Part shown: piece after piece, positions 46,148-57,207 of the stretch
Layout: each line of letters opens with the position of its first letter
Numbering within the stretch: the stretch's first letter is position 1
Assembly: GCA_015233165.1 (NCBI GenBank)
Contig: JADFYF010000001.1
Location: 7,762-71,761 of the forward strand
Direction: 5' to 3'
DNA from: Candidatus Omnitrophota bacterium
GTDB taxonomy: Bacteria > Omnitrophota > Gorgyraeia > Zapsychrales > Fredricksoniimonadaceae
DNA: 64,000 nt
The notes under the pieces: generated by a model
The model's database searches: none
What the model was told of the DNA's origin: nothing
What the model saw: only the letters and a program-made list of their open reading frames with translations
Made by a program: the position numbers and the translations under genes

Positions 46148-47659
46148 ATGACAATCGATCCCAAACGACGTAAACAAAGATTTTCAGATAATTTCTATAA
46201 TACAACAACCTATATCGGTGTTGTCCTGTCGCTGATTGTGCTTTTTTCTGAAACAATTCTTTTTTGGGTTGATTTTTTCTCTCCATCTAAAAGTGACTAC
46301 ATTGGAATTCTAGCCTATCTGATTTTACCTCCACTACTTGTTATTGGATTTATTTTAATTCCGTTGGGAGCGAAATGGAAACGAGAGAGAATTAGTAAGG
46401 GTCTTGAAGATAAGACGCGAAAAGCCATACATATTGATTTGTCTAACCCTAAACATCAAAACGCATTGATGATCTTTCTATTTGTCACTATTGCAGGAAT
46501 GCTCGTCGCTGCTATTTGTTCATATAAGGCTTTTACTTATACTGAATCTGATCGTTTTTGTGGAGTAGCCTGTCATCAGATTATGAATCCGGAATACGTG
46601 GCTCATATGCATTCATCGCACGCTAAGATTAAATGTGTAGAGTGTCACATTGGATCTGGAGCGGGTTGGTATGTGCACTACAAAATGGCTGGTGTCCGTA
46701 TGTTGCTTAAAAAAATTCAAGGAACCTATGCCCGACCAATCCCTACTCCTGTGACAACTTTACGTCCAGCCAAAGAAATTTGTGAGGAATGTCATTGGCC
46801 TGGAAAGACCTACAACGCTATTCAAATTAAAAGAACATATTTTGCTGATGATCCATCAAAAACTCCTAAGTGGACGATTCAATTACTTATGCATATTGGA
46901 GGCAAATCCAAAGATTCATCAGGTATTCATGCGCATATGTACAATGATAATGAAGTTTATTATGCTGCTGATGATGAAAAACGTCAGAAAATTTCATGGG
47001 TAAAGACTGTTAGTAAATCTGGAGAAGAAAAGATTTATATGACTAAAACATCTCCTTATAAAGATAAGGCTCCTGCTCCTTCAAAAATTCGTAAAATGGA
47101 TTGTATGGATTGTCATAATCGACCAGCCCATCATTTTGAAGCCCCTGAGGTCTTAATTAATCGAGCGTTAGAAGATGATAATATAAGCCCAACCATTCCT
47201 ATGATTAAGGCTAAGGCTGTGGAAGTTCTTTCTAAGGAGTATAAGAGTGAAGGTGAGGCTGTTGAAAAGATAGAATCCATTATTACTTCTTATTATATTA
47301 AATCTCAGGTTAAATATTATGCAACGCATCAGCAGAAAATTAAAGAAGCGATAGCTGTGATTATTACGTTATATAAAAATAACTTTTTTCCTGAAATGAA
47401 GGCCCGTTGGGATGTTTATCCTTATGATATAGGGCATAGAATCTCTAATGGATGTTTCCGTTGTCATGATGATGAGCATCAATCTAAAAGTGGAGAGATA
47501 ATTCCCAGGGCATGTACAACGTGTCATACAATAACGGAACAAGGTTCTGGTGATAATATACAGAAAAATGCTAATGGTCTGGATTTCCAACACCCTTTTG
47601 AAGACGATGGCTCTTGGAAGACGATGAATTGTTCTGATTGCCACAATGGGGGCGCATAA
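46148..47659 (+). CDS. Membrane-anchored heptahaem cytochrome with NapC/NirT-like N-terminal haem region (ImcH-like candidate quinol dehydrogenase)
   Basis: About 3 N-terminal TM helices. Next comes FCGVACHQIMNPEYVAHMHSSHAKIKCVECHIG, a NapC/NirT-like spacing but with a CX3CH first site. Then CEECH, CMDCH, CFRCH, CTTCH and CSDCH. Confidence 0.65.
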   Translation: MTIDPKRRKQRFSDNFYNTTTYIGVVLSLIVLFSETILFWVDFFSPSKSDYIGILAYLILPPLLVIGFILIPLGAKWKRERISKGLEDKTRKAIHIDLSNPKHQNALMIFLFVTIAGMLVAAICSYKAFTYTESDRFCGVACHQIMNPEYVAHMHSSHAKIKCVECHIGSGAGWYVHYKMAGVRMLLKKIQGTYARPIPTPVTTLRPAKEICEECHWPGKTYNAIQIKRTYFADDPSKTPKWTIQLLMHIGGKSKDSSGIHAHMYNDNEVYYAADDEKRQKISWVKTVSKSGEEKIYMTKTSPYKDKAPAPSKIRKMDCMDCHNRPAHHFEAPEVLINRALEDDNISPTIPMIKAKAVEVLSKEYKSEGEAVEKIESIITSYYIKSQVKYYATHQQKIKEAIAVIITLYKNNFFPEMKARWDVYPYDIGHRISNGCFRCHDDEHQSKSGEIIPRACTTCHTITEQGSGDNIQKNANGLDFQHPFEDDGSWKTMNCSDCHNGGA

Positions 47660-47755
47660 CTTAAGGGTTTTCAACGTTCTTGCTCATTTTTCTTATTTAT
47701 GAGATAATCCTTTTATTGATACCACTTTATCTACCTTGACCACCGAAAGTAACCG

Positions 47756-48940
47756 ATGATATCTGTTTATCAAGCCGAACATATTGTTTTAAATAGTGTT
47801 AAATCTGCGCCTATTGAAATTGTTCCTTTATCACAGGCGAATGGCCGTTTGTTAAGAGAGCCTATTCGAAGCGACCGGGATCAACCTTCTTTTGATAAAG
47901 CGCTGATGGATGGCATTGCTATTCATAGCTCTAGTTATGAAAAAGGGGTGAGGGAGTTTCCTATTGAAAAGACTGTCGCTGCAGGGGATAAACCTTATAA
48001 ATTAAAGAATCCCGCATATTGTGTGGAAATTATGACAGGAGCCGTTCTTCCCTCGGGTTGTAATGCGGTTATCCCTATGGAACAGGTGGGTATTGAAGGG
48101 GATAATGCAAGTTTAAAGGGGTGGACCCTGGTTAAGCCTCGACAAAATATAAGTTTTAAGGGGGCGGATTCTAAAAAAGGCCAGATGCTCATTAAAGATC
48201 CCTGCCGTCTTTTGACACCTCATATTTCGATTTTGGCCTCTGTGGGTAAGACAAAGGTTAAGGTCAGTAGTATCCCTAATATCGCCATCATTTCCACCGG
48301 TGATGAGCTGGTAGAGATCGATAAACAGCCCAAAGACTATCAAACCAGGCTTTCGAATAGCCATACGCTTAAATCTTTAATCGAGGGAAGCGGTTTAGCT
48401 AAAGGAACAATATTCCACTATCCTGACGACAAGAAAAGGCTTCTTAAGGGGGTAGGTCAGAATTTAAAAGATTTTGATATGTTGATATTAAGCGGTGGTG
48501 TATCTATGGGGCAGTTTGACTATGTTCCTGAAGTTCTAAAAGAGTTGGGAATTAAGGAGCTGTTTCATAAGGTTGCTCAAAAACCAGGAAAACCATTTTG
48601 GTTTGGTAATAGCCGAACAGGTAAGGCTGTCTTTGCTTTACCAGGAAATCCTGTTTCAACTCAAATTTGTGCCTATCGTTTTGTAATTCCATTTTTAAAG
48701 AAAACAGCAGGAATCAAGGTGACACAAGAACTTGTTCAATTGTCTCAAGTGCCTCAAAAACCTGGCGATAATACGGAATTTATACCTGTAAAGATTTCAG
48801 AGAAGAATGGAACTCGTTTTGCTCAGCCTATTCAGATAGGCGGTTCTGGAGATTTTGCGGCTCTAGCGGATGCCGATGGATTTATTGAATATGACCAAAA
48901 TCAAAAATCTTTATGGCCTTATTTTAGCTGGCGGGTTTAG
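47756..48940 (+). CDS. moeA: Molybdopterin molybdenumtransferase
   Basis: MoeA motifs MDGIA, IISTGDEL, LILSGGVSMGQFDYV and LPGNPVS. Confidence 0.85.
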   Translation: MISVYQAEHIVLNSVKSAPIEIVPLSQANGRLLREPIRSDRDQPSFDKALMDGIAIHSSSYEKGVREFPIEKTVAAGDKPYKLKNPAYCVEIMTGAVLPSGCNAVIPMEQVGIEGDNASLKGWTLVKPRQNISFKGADSKKGQMLIKDPCRLLTPHISILASVGKTKVKVSSIPNIAIISTGDELVEIDKQPKDYQTRLSNSHTLKSLIEGSGLAKGTIFHYPDDKKRLLKGVGQNLKDFDMLILSGGVSMGQFDYVPEVLKELGIKELFHKVAQKPGKPFWFGNSRTGKAVFALPGNPVSTQICAYRFVIPFLKKTAGIKVTQELVQLSQVPQKPGDNTEFIPVKISEKNGTRFAQPIQIGGSGDFAALADADGFIEYDQNQKSLWPYFSWRV

Positions 48941-49481
48941 TAAACGAATGGGGCAGGACAAGGCCCTTTTGAATTACCACGGCAAGCCTCAAATTCAACA
49001 CGTTCATGATCTTCTTGAAAGTAACTGCGAGAAGGTTTTTCTTTCCAAACGATCTGATCAGTCAACCTATACAAATTTAATTTCTATCGATGATGATCCT
49101 GGGCTTCTCGGAATTGGCCCCCTAGGAGGGATTCTCTCAGCAATGAAGGCCTATCCTGAAGCGGCTTGGTTAATTATGGCTTGTGATTTGCCTTTTATAA
49201 CTCAAGAGGCTGTGCAAGAGCTTATTAGCTGTCGAAGTACACATAAAATGGCGACAGCGTTTAAAAGCATCTACAATGGCTTACCTGAACCTTTATGTGC
49301 TATTTGGGAATCTACGGCGTATTCTAAAGTTTTAGAATTCAAAGATAAAGGTGTCTATTGTCCCCGTCAGATTCTTATTAATAGTGACGTTTGTTTAATA
49401 GAGCAAAGAAATTCTCGCTGGTTGGATAACGTCAATGATTTAAAAGAATTTAAAGAAGCTATCGATTTCTTTAAGAATTAG
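48891..49481 (+). CDS. mobA: Molybdenum cofactor guanylyltransferase
   Basis: LILAGGFSKRMGQDKALL N-terminal motif. Start chosen at ATG 48891, a 50-nt overlap with moeA; the ORF track start is 48870. Confidence 0.75.
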   Translation: MTKIKNLYGLILAGGFSKRMGQDKALLNYHGKPQIQHVHDLLESNCEKVFLSKRSDQSTYTNLISIDDDPGLLGIGPLGGILSAMKAYPEAAWLIMACDLPFITQEAVQELISCRSTHKMATAFKSIYNGLPEPLCAIWESTAYSKVLEFKDKGVYCPRQILINSDVCLIEQRNSRWLDNVNDLKEFKEAIDFFKN

Positions 49482-49493
49482 GAGTTTGTTATC

Positions 49494-49916
49494 TTGAATT
49501 TTCTTATTCCATTACATCCTAAACTTGTTCATTTTCCTATTGCTCTTTTTATGACAGCGTTAGTTTTTGAGATTTTAGGTCGGGTTTTTAAGAAAAACCT
49601 TCTTTCAGAAGCGTCTTTTTTGATTTATTGTTTCGCTGCTGTTTTGACTCCGGTAATTGTTTATAGTGGGTTATTGGAACAAACTCGAATTCATTTGAAT
49701 CACCCTATTTTAACGCAACACAAGAATTTTGCTTTTCTGACCATGTGGATAGCTTTAATCTCTTTGCCAATTCTTTGGGGATTGCGCAAGATTTCCGATA
49801 AAACTTTTAGAAATTTCTATTTCCTTTTGGTATCAGTTTTAACACTAACAGTAACGATGGCAGGATATTACGGTGGGAAAATGGTTTATGAGTATTCTGT
49901 AGGAGTCGGTTCATAA
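49494..49916 (+). CDS. Small 4-TM membrane protein (DUF2231-like)
   Basis: HPKLVHFPIALF N-terminal motif and four hydrophobic segments. TTG start. Confidence 0.5.
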   Translation: MNFLIPLHPKLVHFPIALFMTALVFEILGRVFKKNLLSEASFLIYCFAAVLTPVIVYSGLLEQTRIHLNHPILTQHKNFAFLTMWIALISLPILWGLRKISDKTFRNFYFLLVSVLTLTVTMAGYYGGKMVYEYSVGVGS

Positions 49917-49919
49917 AGT

Positions 49920-50978
49920 ATGTTAATTATTGGATTAAACCACAAGACTGCCCCTATCGAAGTTCGTGAGAAGTTCTTTTTAAATCCAGCTCAACAGGAC
50001 CTTTTATTATTAGAACTCAAAAATAATCCTTTGGTCAATGAGGCTTTTGTTCTTTCAACCTGTAATCGGGTGGAGGTTTATTTAAAAAGATCGAATGAGT
50101 CTATTGATCGTGATTTTGTCGTCAGTATGATAGCTAAGGTCAGAAAGACTTCCGTTGACTCTAAGTTAACTCATCATGTTTATAGTTATGAGAATACAGA
50201 GGCTGTGGAACACCTTTTTAGAGTTGCTACAGGATTAGATTCTCTAGTTCTTGGCGAAAAACAAATTTTAGGTCAGCTTAAACATTCTGTAGATCGTGCT
50301 CGTGAACTAGGGTTGTTGTCTAGATATTTTAACATTTTAAGTAATGTGGCTATCCGTACAGGGAAGAAGGCTCAAACAGAAACAGATATCAGTTTTGGAG
50401 GTTCTTCGGTCAGTTGGGCGGCCATTGAAATGGCTAAACAGACCTTAGGGACGTTGGCTGAGAAATCTGTTTTGATTATTGGTGCCGGTAAGATGGGGGA
50501 GTTGGCTTTAACGAATCTTAATAATCATTCTGTCTCCAAGATTTATTTGATGAATCGGACTGGTGAGAAGGCGGATGTTTTAGCTCAACAATATAGAGGG
50601 ATAGCTGTCTCTTTTTGGGATATTAAGGATATTTTAACGGAAGTTGACCTATGTTTTTGCTCTGTAGGGGCACCTCATTACATTTTAGATCAGGAAAAAA
50701 TGGCCCAAATTATGGCCCTTCGTCGTGGACGACGATTGGTTTTGGTGGATATTTCTATGCCGCGCAATATTGATCCTGCTGTAGCCCAAATACCCAACGT
50801 TCATTTAAGCTCTATTGATGCTCTTGATGGAGTCGTTCAGGCCAATATGAAGAAGCGACAAGAGGCTATTTCCCAGGTTAAAGAAATCATCTCTCAGAAA
50901 ATCGTTGAGTTTAATCAGAAATGGGAGAAGCTGCAGTCTTTAAATGATTCTGATTTTTTTGAAATCACTCAATCCTAA
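49920..50978 (+). CDS. hemA: Glutamyl-tRNA reductase, paralogue 2 (352 aa)
   Basis: LSTCNRVEVY, GLDSLVLGEKQILGQLK and IIGAGKMG. It shares LVLVDISMPRNIDPAVA exactly with paralogue 1 and is roughly half identical overall by eye. Confidence 0.9.
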   Translation: MLIIGLNHKTAPIEVREKFFLNPAQQDLLLLELKNNPLVNEAFVLSTCNRVEVYLKRSNESIDRDFVVSMIAKVRKTSVDSKLTHHVYSYENTEAVEHLFRVATGLDSLVLGEKQILGQLKHSVDRARELGLLSRYFNILSNVAIRTGKKAQTETDISFGGSSVSWAAIEMAKQTLGTLAEKSVLIIGAGKMGELALTNLNNHSVSKIYLMNRTGEKADVLAQQYRGIAVSFWDIKDILTEVDLCFCSVGAPHYILDQEKMAQIMALRRGRRLVLVDISMPRNIDPAVAQIPNVHLSSIDALDGVVQANMKKRQEAISQVKEIISQKIVEFNQKWEKLQSLNDSDFFEITQS

Positions 50979-51004
50979 TCGATATATTTTATTGAAATAA
51001 AAAG

Positions 51005-51169
51005 ATGACTATGAATTATTATGCGGGTTTTGGAATCATCTTACTATTCTTTGGCGGTTATTATTTAGACCAGAATTTTCATACAGGTAATCTTTGGGCC
51101 TTTGTGGGTCTTGGATTAGGGGTTACTTACGTAGCGTATGAGATCTGGAAAAGTATACGTAAGAATTAA
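51005..51169 (+). CDS. AtpZ/AtpR-like small membrane protein preceding the ATP synthase operon (54 aa; absent from the ORF track)
   Basis: My translation is MTMNYYAGFGIILLFFGGYYLDQNFHTGNLWAFVGLGLGVTYVAYEIWKSIRKN. It has two hydrophobic helices with the G-x-x-LD...W...G...G pattern of the putative F0F1-ATPase subunit family. Confidence 0.55.
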   Translation: MTMNYYAGFGIILLFFGGYYLDQNFHTGNLWAFVGLGLGVTYVAYEIWKSIRKN

Positions 51170-51179
51170 GTAATTATTC

Positions 51180-51208
51180 TTGCACAAAAATAGGTTGTCG
51201 TCTATCAT
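51180..51208 (+). promoter_or_regulatory. Sigma70-like promoter candidate (TTGCAC-N17-TATCAT) upstream of atpB
   Basis: TTGCAC at 51180-51185 and TATCAT at 51203-51208. Confidence 0.3.
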
Positions 51209-51243
51209 ATCCATTTCGTAATTATCTATTTGTATAAAATTTT

Positions 51244-52017
51244 ATGAATGAATCTCCCCATAGTTTTCAATTAGATCAATATATTTTGCGTCACGTCATG
51301 GATTCTCACGAATGGCATCTGCCATTCTTACCTCCGGTTCAATTACCAACTTTTTTAAGTTTACACTCATTAATGGTCATTCTCTGTGCCGTTATTTTAC
51401 TTGTTCTTTTTTGTGTTTTTTATCGTAAGAATGATCGAGTTCCGACAGGGATCACTAATTTATTGGAAGTTTTTGTTCAATTTGTCAGAGATGAAATTGC
51501 TATTCCTTCTTTGGGAGAGGAGGATGGTCAGAAATTAACCCCTTTATTTTGTACTTTTTTCTTTTTTATTCTGGGTCTTAATTTAATGGGGCAAATACCT
51601 ATTTTTTCGACAGCAACAGCTAATATAGGTGTTACGGCTCCCTTAGCCTTGATTACATTCTTTCTAATGACCTTTGGAGCTATTCAAAAGAATGGCTTTG
51701 GTGGATTTTTAAAGGCTTTTATGCCTGCTGGTGTCCCAAAACTGATTATGCCTTTTATCTTTTTTTTAGAATTATTAGGTGTTTTTATTAAAACCTTTGC
51801 CTTGATGGTTCGTCTTTTTGCCAACATGTTGGCAGGGCATATGGTTGTCTTGGCATTATTAGGCCTGGTCGTTTTATTTGGTGCGTGGGCTTTACCAGCT
51901 ATTGTTTTAGCTGTAGGTATTTCTTTACTTGAGATTCTGGTTGTTTTTCTACAGGCGTATATTTTTGTACTTTTATCAGCCGTATTTATAGGTCAAATGT
52001 ATCATCCAGAACATTAA
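51244..52017 (+). CDS. atpB: F-type ATP synthase Fo subunit a
   Basis: Polytopic protein with the conserved Arg helix LMVRLFANMLAGH. Confidence 0.9.
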   Translation: MNESPHSFQLDQYILRHVMDSHEWHLPFLPPVQLPTFLSLHSLMVILCAVILLVLFCVFYRKNDRVPTGITNLLEVFVQFVRDEIAIPSLGEEDGQKLTPLFCTFFFFILGLNLMGQIPIFSTATANIGVTAPLALITFFLMTFGAIQKNGFGGFLKAFMPAGVPKLIMPFIFFLELLGVFIKTFALMVRLFANMLAGHMVVLALLGLVVLFGAWALPAIVLAVGISLLEILVVFLQAYIFVLLSAVFIGQMYHPEH

Positions 52018-52041
52018 TACAACAAACGAAAGGAATTACAG

Positions 52042-52281
52042 ATGCAACCAACCATGGAAATAGCTCATTTAGGAAGACTTTTAGTCGGTATTGGTTTTGG
52101 TCTTTGTGCCGTTGGGGCTGGTATTGGGGTCGGACAAATTGTTGCTGCCGCTTTAAATGGGATTGCCCGTCAGCCGGAACAAGCAGGTAAGATTCAAACA
52201 GTCATGTTTATCGGTGCAGCTCTGGTTGAAGGGGTTGCCTTATTGTGCGCCGTGTTCTGTTTCTTAGCACTTCAATCCTAA
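52042..52281 (+). CDS. atpE: F-type ATP synthase Fo subunit c
   Basis: 79-aa hairpin with the loop ARQPE and the carboxylate helix FIGAALVEGVALL. Confidence 0.9.
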   Translation: MQPTMEIAHLGRLLVGIGFGLCAVGAGIGVGQIVAAALNGIARQPEQAGKIQTVMFIGAALVEGVALLCAVFCFLALQS

Positions 52282-52303
52282 ACATATACATTAGGAAATA
52301 ATT

Positions 52304-52831
52304 ATGGAAAATACAGCAATGGAACATAGTGCTGCTGCCAGCTCTGGAGCAAATATATTAACTCCGGATATACTCATGGTTGTTTTAACATGGGTGACAT
52401 TTTTTATTCTTCTTTTTATTCTTCAAAAGTTTGCGTTTAAGCCAATTATGGAAAATTTGCAGAAACGCGAGAAGGATATTCGTGAGGCTTTAGAGAATGC
52501 TGATAAAGCTAAAGCTCAGATAGCTGAAATTGAAGCAGAAAAACAAAGAATTCTCATCGAAGCCAAGGTTCAAGCCTCCTTGATTATTGATGGAGCTCGA
52601 AAGGCAGCCAAAGAATTAGCCGCAGATGTTGAGGCTAAAAGCAAGCAACAGGCACAGGATATTGTTAAAGCTGCTCACGAGGAAATCATCGGAGAACGTC
52701 AAAGACTCTTAAAATCTTTGCGTCAGGAAAGCGCTGAAGTGGCTATTTCACTGGCAAGTAAGATTATTCAAGAAAATATGGATCAGGATAAAAATCGTCG
52801 TTTGGTTCAGGATGCAATTGAAAAATTATGA
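52304..52831 (+). CDS. atpF: F-type ATP synthase Fo subunit b
   Basis: A single N-terminal TM followed by a long charged helix, in the expected operon position. Confidence 0.8.
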   Translation: MENTAMEHSAAASSGANILTPDILMVVLTWVTFFILLFILQKFAFKPIMENLQKREKDIREALENADKAKAQIAEIEAEKQRILIEAKVQASLIIDGARKAAKELAADVEAKSKQQAQDIVKAAHEEIIGERQRLLKSLRQESAEVAISLASKIIQENMDQDKNRRLVQDAIEKL

Positions 52832-53364
52832 GTCAATCTCAAATTACCTATAGGTATGCTCGGGCCCTGTTTGAATTAGCTCAAACGCAGAATAGTCTTG
52901 ATCCTGTTTTTGTGTCTTTGTGGGAAATCAACAATATGTTGAAGAATAAAACAGAACTTTCTTCTTTTATTCATAATCCTTTGCTATCTTCAGAAGGAAG
53001 AGCATCCATTCTTTATAAAGTTTTTGAAAATAAAATACCTGATCTTCTTTTAAAATTCTTATTATTTTTGAATGCTAAAAATCGTTTAAATGAGTTAAGT
53101 GGTGTTTTTGAAAGCTTTGATGACCTTTATCTTCAAAAAAATAATCAAATGCGTGTTAATTTGCAAACACCTTTCATTCTCAAGGAAGACCAAAAAGAGA
53201 ATATCCAAAACAGATTAAACCGTAAGCATCATAAAGAAATTTCATTGGAATGTCAGACTAAACCGGAACTCTTAGGAGGTTTTCGTTTATTGGTAGAGGG
53301 TGTACTCTTTGATGGAACTATTAAAACCCAATTAGAACAATTTAGACAAAAGGTATTAGCATAA
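52828..53364 (+). CDS. atpH: F-type ATP synthase F1 subunit delta (OSCP)
   Basis: [12 protein letters not shown]-terminus and C-terminal LLGGFRL-VEG-LFDGTIK. ATGA overlap with atpF. Confidence 0.85.
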   Translation: MSQSQITYRYARALFELAQTQNSLDPVFVSLWEINNMLKNKTELSSFIHNPLLSSEGRASILYKVFENKIPDLLLKFLLFLNAKNRLNELSGVFESFDDLYLQKNNQMRVNLQTPFILKEDQKENIQNRLNRKHHKEISLECQTKPELLGGFRLLVEGVLFDGTIKTQLEQFRQKVLA

Positions 53365-53380
53365 AAAGAAAAGGCTAGGT

Positions 53381-54895
53381 ATGGCACAACATTTGAATCC
53401 CGAAGAAATCACAAGTATTCTTAAAAAAGAATTAGCTACATTTGAAGGTAAGATCCAAACCTATGAAATAGGAACAGTTCTTAATGTGGGCGACGGTATT
53501 GCTCGTGTCTATGGTTTAAATAATGTTATGTCCGGCGAGTTGGTTGAATTTAGTAATGGGATTCGCGGGATTGCTCTTAACCTAGAACAGGATAACGTGG
53601 GTGTGGCTATTTTTGGTAGTGATAGTGATATTAAAGAAGGGGATGAAGTTAAACGTACCGGAAGAATTGCTTCTGTTTCTGTAGGGGACGCTCTTTTAGG
53701 ACGCATCCTTGATGGTTTAGGTAATGCGATTGACGGTAAAGAACCGATTGTAGCCAAAGAGTTTCGCCAAATTGAACTTAAAGCCCCAGGGATTATTGAT
53801 CGTAAAAACGTTCATGAACCTTTGCAGACGGGAACCAAGGTTATCGACGCTTTAACGCCCGTCGGTCGTGGTCAGCGTGAACTTATTATTGGGGATCGTA
53901 AAACAGGAAAGACTACCCTAGCCATTGATACGATTATCAACCAAAAGGGCAAAGGTGTATTTTGTTTTTATGTGGCCATTGGACAAAAGCGTTCTACTGT
54001 TGTTGGCGTCTATGAAAAGCTCCGTAAGTATGGAGCGATGGAATACACAACTATTATCGCTGCAACCGCATCTGATCCCGCTCCTATGCAATTTTTATCC
54101 GCTTACTCAGCAACAGCTATGGCGGAATATTACCGTGACACCGGTCGTCATGCTTTGATTATTTATGATGATTTAACTAAACAAGCTCAGGCCTATCGTC
54201 AAATGTCGTTATTGTTACGTCGTCCACCAGGTCGTGAAGCTTATCCTGGAGATATATTCTATTTACATTCACGTCTTTTGGAACGTGCTTGTAAGTTAAG
54301 CGATGTTAAGGGGGCTGGGAGCTTAACGGCTTTGCCTATTATTGAAACGCAGGCGGGTGATGTGTCTGCATATATTCCAACCAACGTTATCTCTATTACG
54401 GATGGCCAGATTTTCTTAGATGTGGATCTTTTTAACGCGGGTCAACGTCCTGCCATCAATGCTGGTCTTTCTGTTTCCCGCGTTGGAGGAGATGCTCAAG
54501 TTAAAGCTATGAAACAAACCGCTGGGTCTTTACGTTTAGAATTAGCTCAGTACCGGGAACTCGCTGCGTTTTCTCAGTTTGCTTCTGATTTGGATGCAGC
54601 AACCAAGAAACAATTGGATCGTGGTAAGCGTCTGATGGAAATTATTAAGCAGGGGATTCAGGTTCCCTTACCCGTTGTGAAACAAGTCGCTATTATTTTT
54701 GCTGCTGTTAATGGATATTTGGATGATCTTCCGGTTAATAAAATCAAAGCATTTGAAGATCACCTAGGTATACAGCTAGATAGCAAATATACCGATTATG
54801 TTAAATTATTTAATAACACGTTAGTTATGACAGATGAAATTAAAACAGCCCTCAAGAAAATCTTAGAGGAAGTTAAGTCAACCTTTTTAGCATGA
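53381..54895 (+). CDS. atpA: F-type ATP synthase F1 subunit alpha
   Basis: P-loop GDRKTGKT, and [20 protein letters not shown]. Confidence 0.97.
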   Translation: MAQHLNPEEITSILKKELATFEGKIQTYEIGTVLNVGDGIARVYGLNNVMSGELVEFSNGIRGIALNLEQDNVGVAIFGSDSDIKEGDEVKRTGRIASVSVGDALLGRILDGLGNAIDGKEPIVAKEFRQIELKAPGIIDRKNVHEPLQTGTKVIDALTPVGRGQRELIIGDRKTGKTTLAIDTIINQKGKGVFCFYVAIGQKRSTVVGVYEKLRKYGAMEYTTIIAATASDPAPMQFLSAYSATAMAEYYRDTGRHALIIYDDLTKQAQAYRQMSLLLRRPPGREAYPGDIFYLHSRLLERACKLSDVKGAGSLTALPIIETQAGDVSAYIPTNVISITDGQIFLDVDLFNAGQRPAINAGLSVSRVGGDAQVKAMKQTAGSLRLELAQYRELAAFSQFASDLDAATKKQLDRGKRLMEIIKQGIQVPLPVVKQVAIIFAAVNGYLDDLPVNKIKAFEDHLGIQLDSKYTDYVKLFNNTLVMTDEIKTALKKILEEVKSTFLA

Positions 54896-54908
54896 TTCTC
54901 TTTAATAG

Positions 54909-57196
<2,288 letters not shown>

Positions 57197-57207
57197 GGAC
57201 CTTAAGA

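Noticed and set aside
47660-47755. Possible Moco riboswitch upstream of moeA.
   Set aside because: The gap is only 96 nt, shorter than the Moco RNA motif as I remember it. I could find only a weak CTCAT/ATGAG hairpin and none of the conserved motif features I recall.
38053-50978. The cytochrome block as a recently acquired genomic island or mobile element.
   Set aside because: There is no integrase, transposase, tRNA attachment site or flanking direct DNA repeat. The two hemA genes are diverged at the DNA level. By eye, codon style and AT-richness match the flanks.
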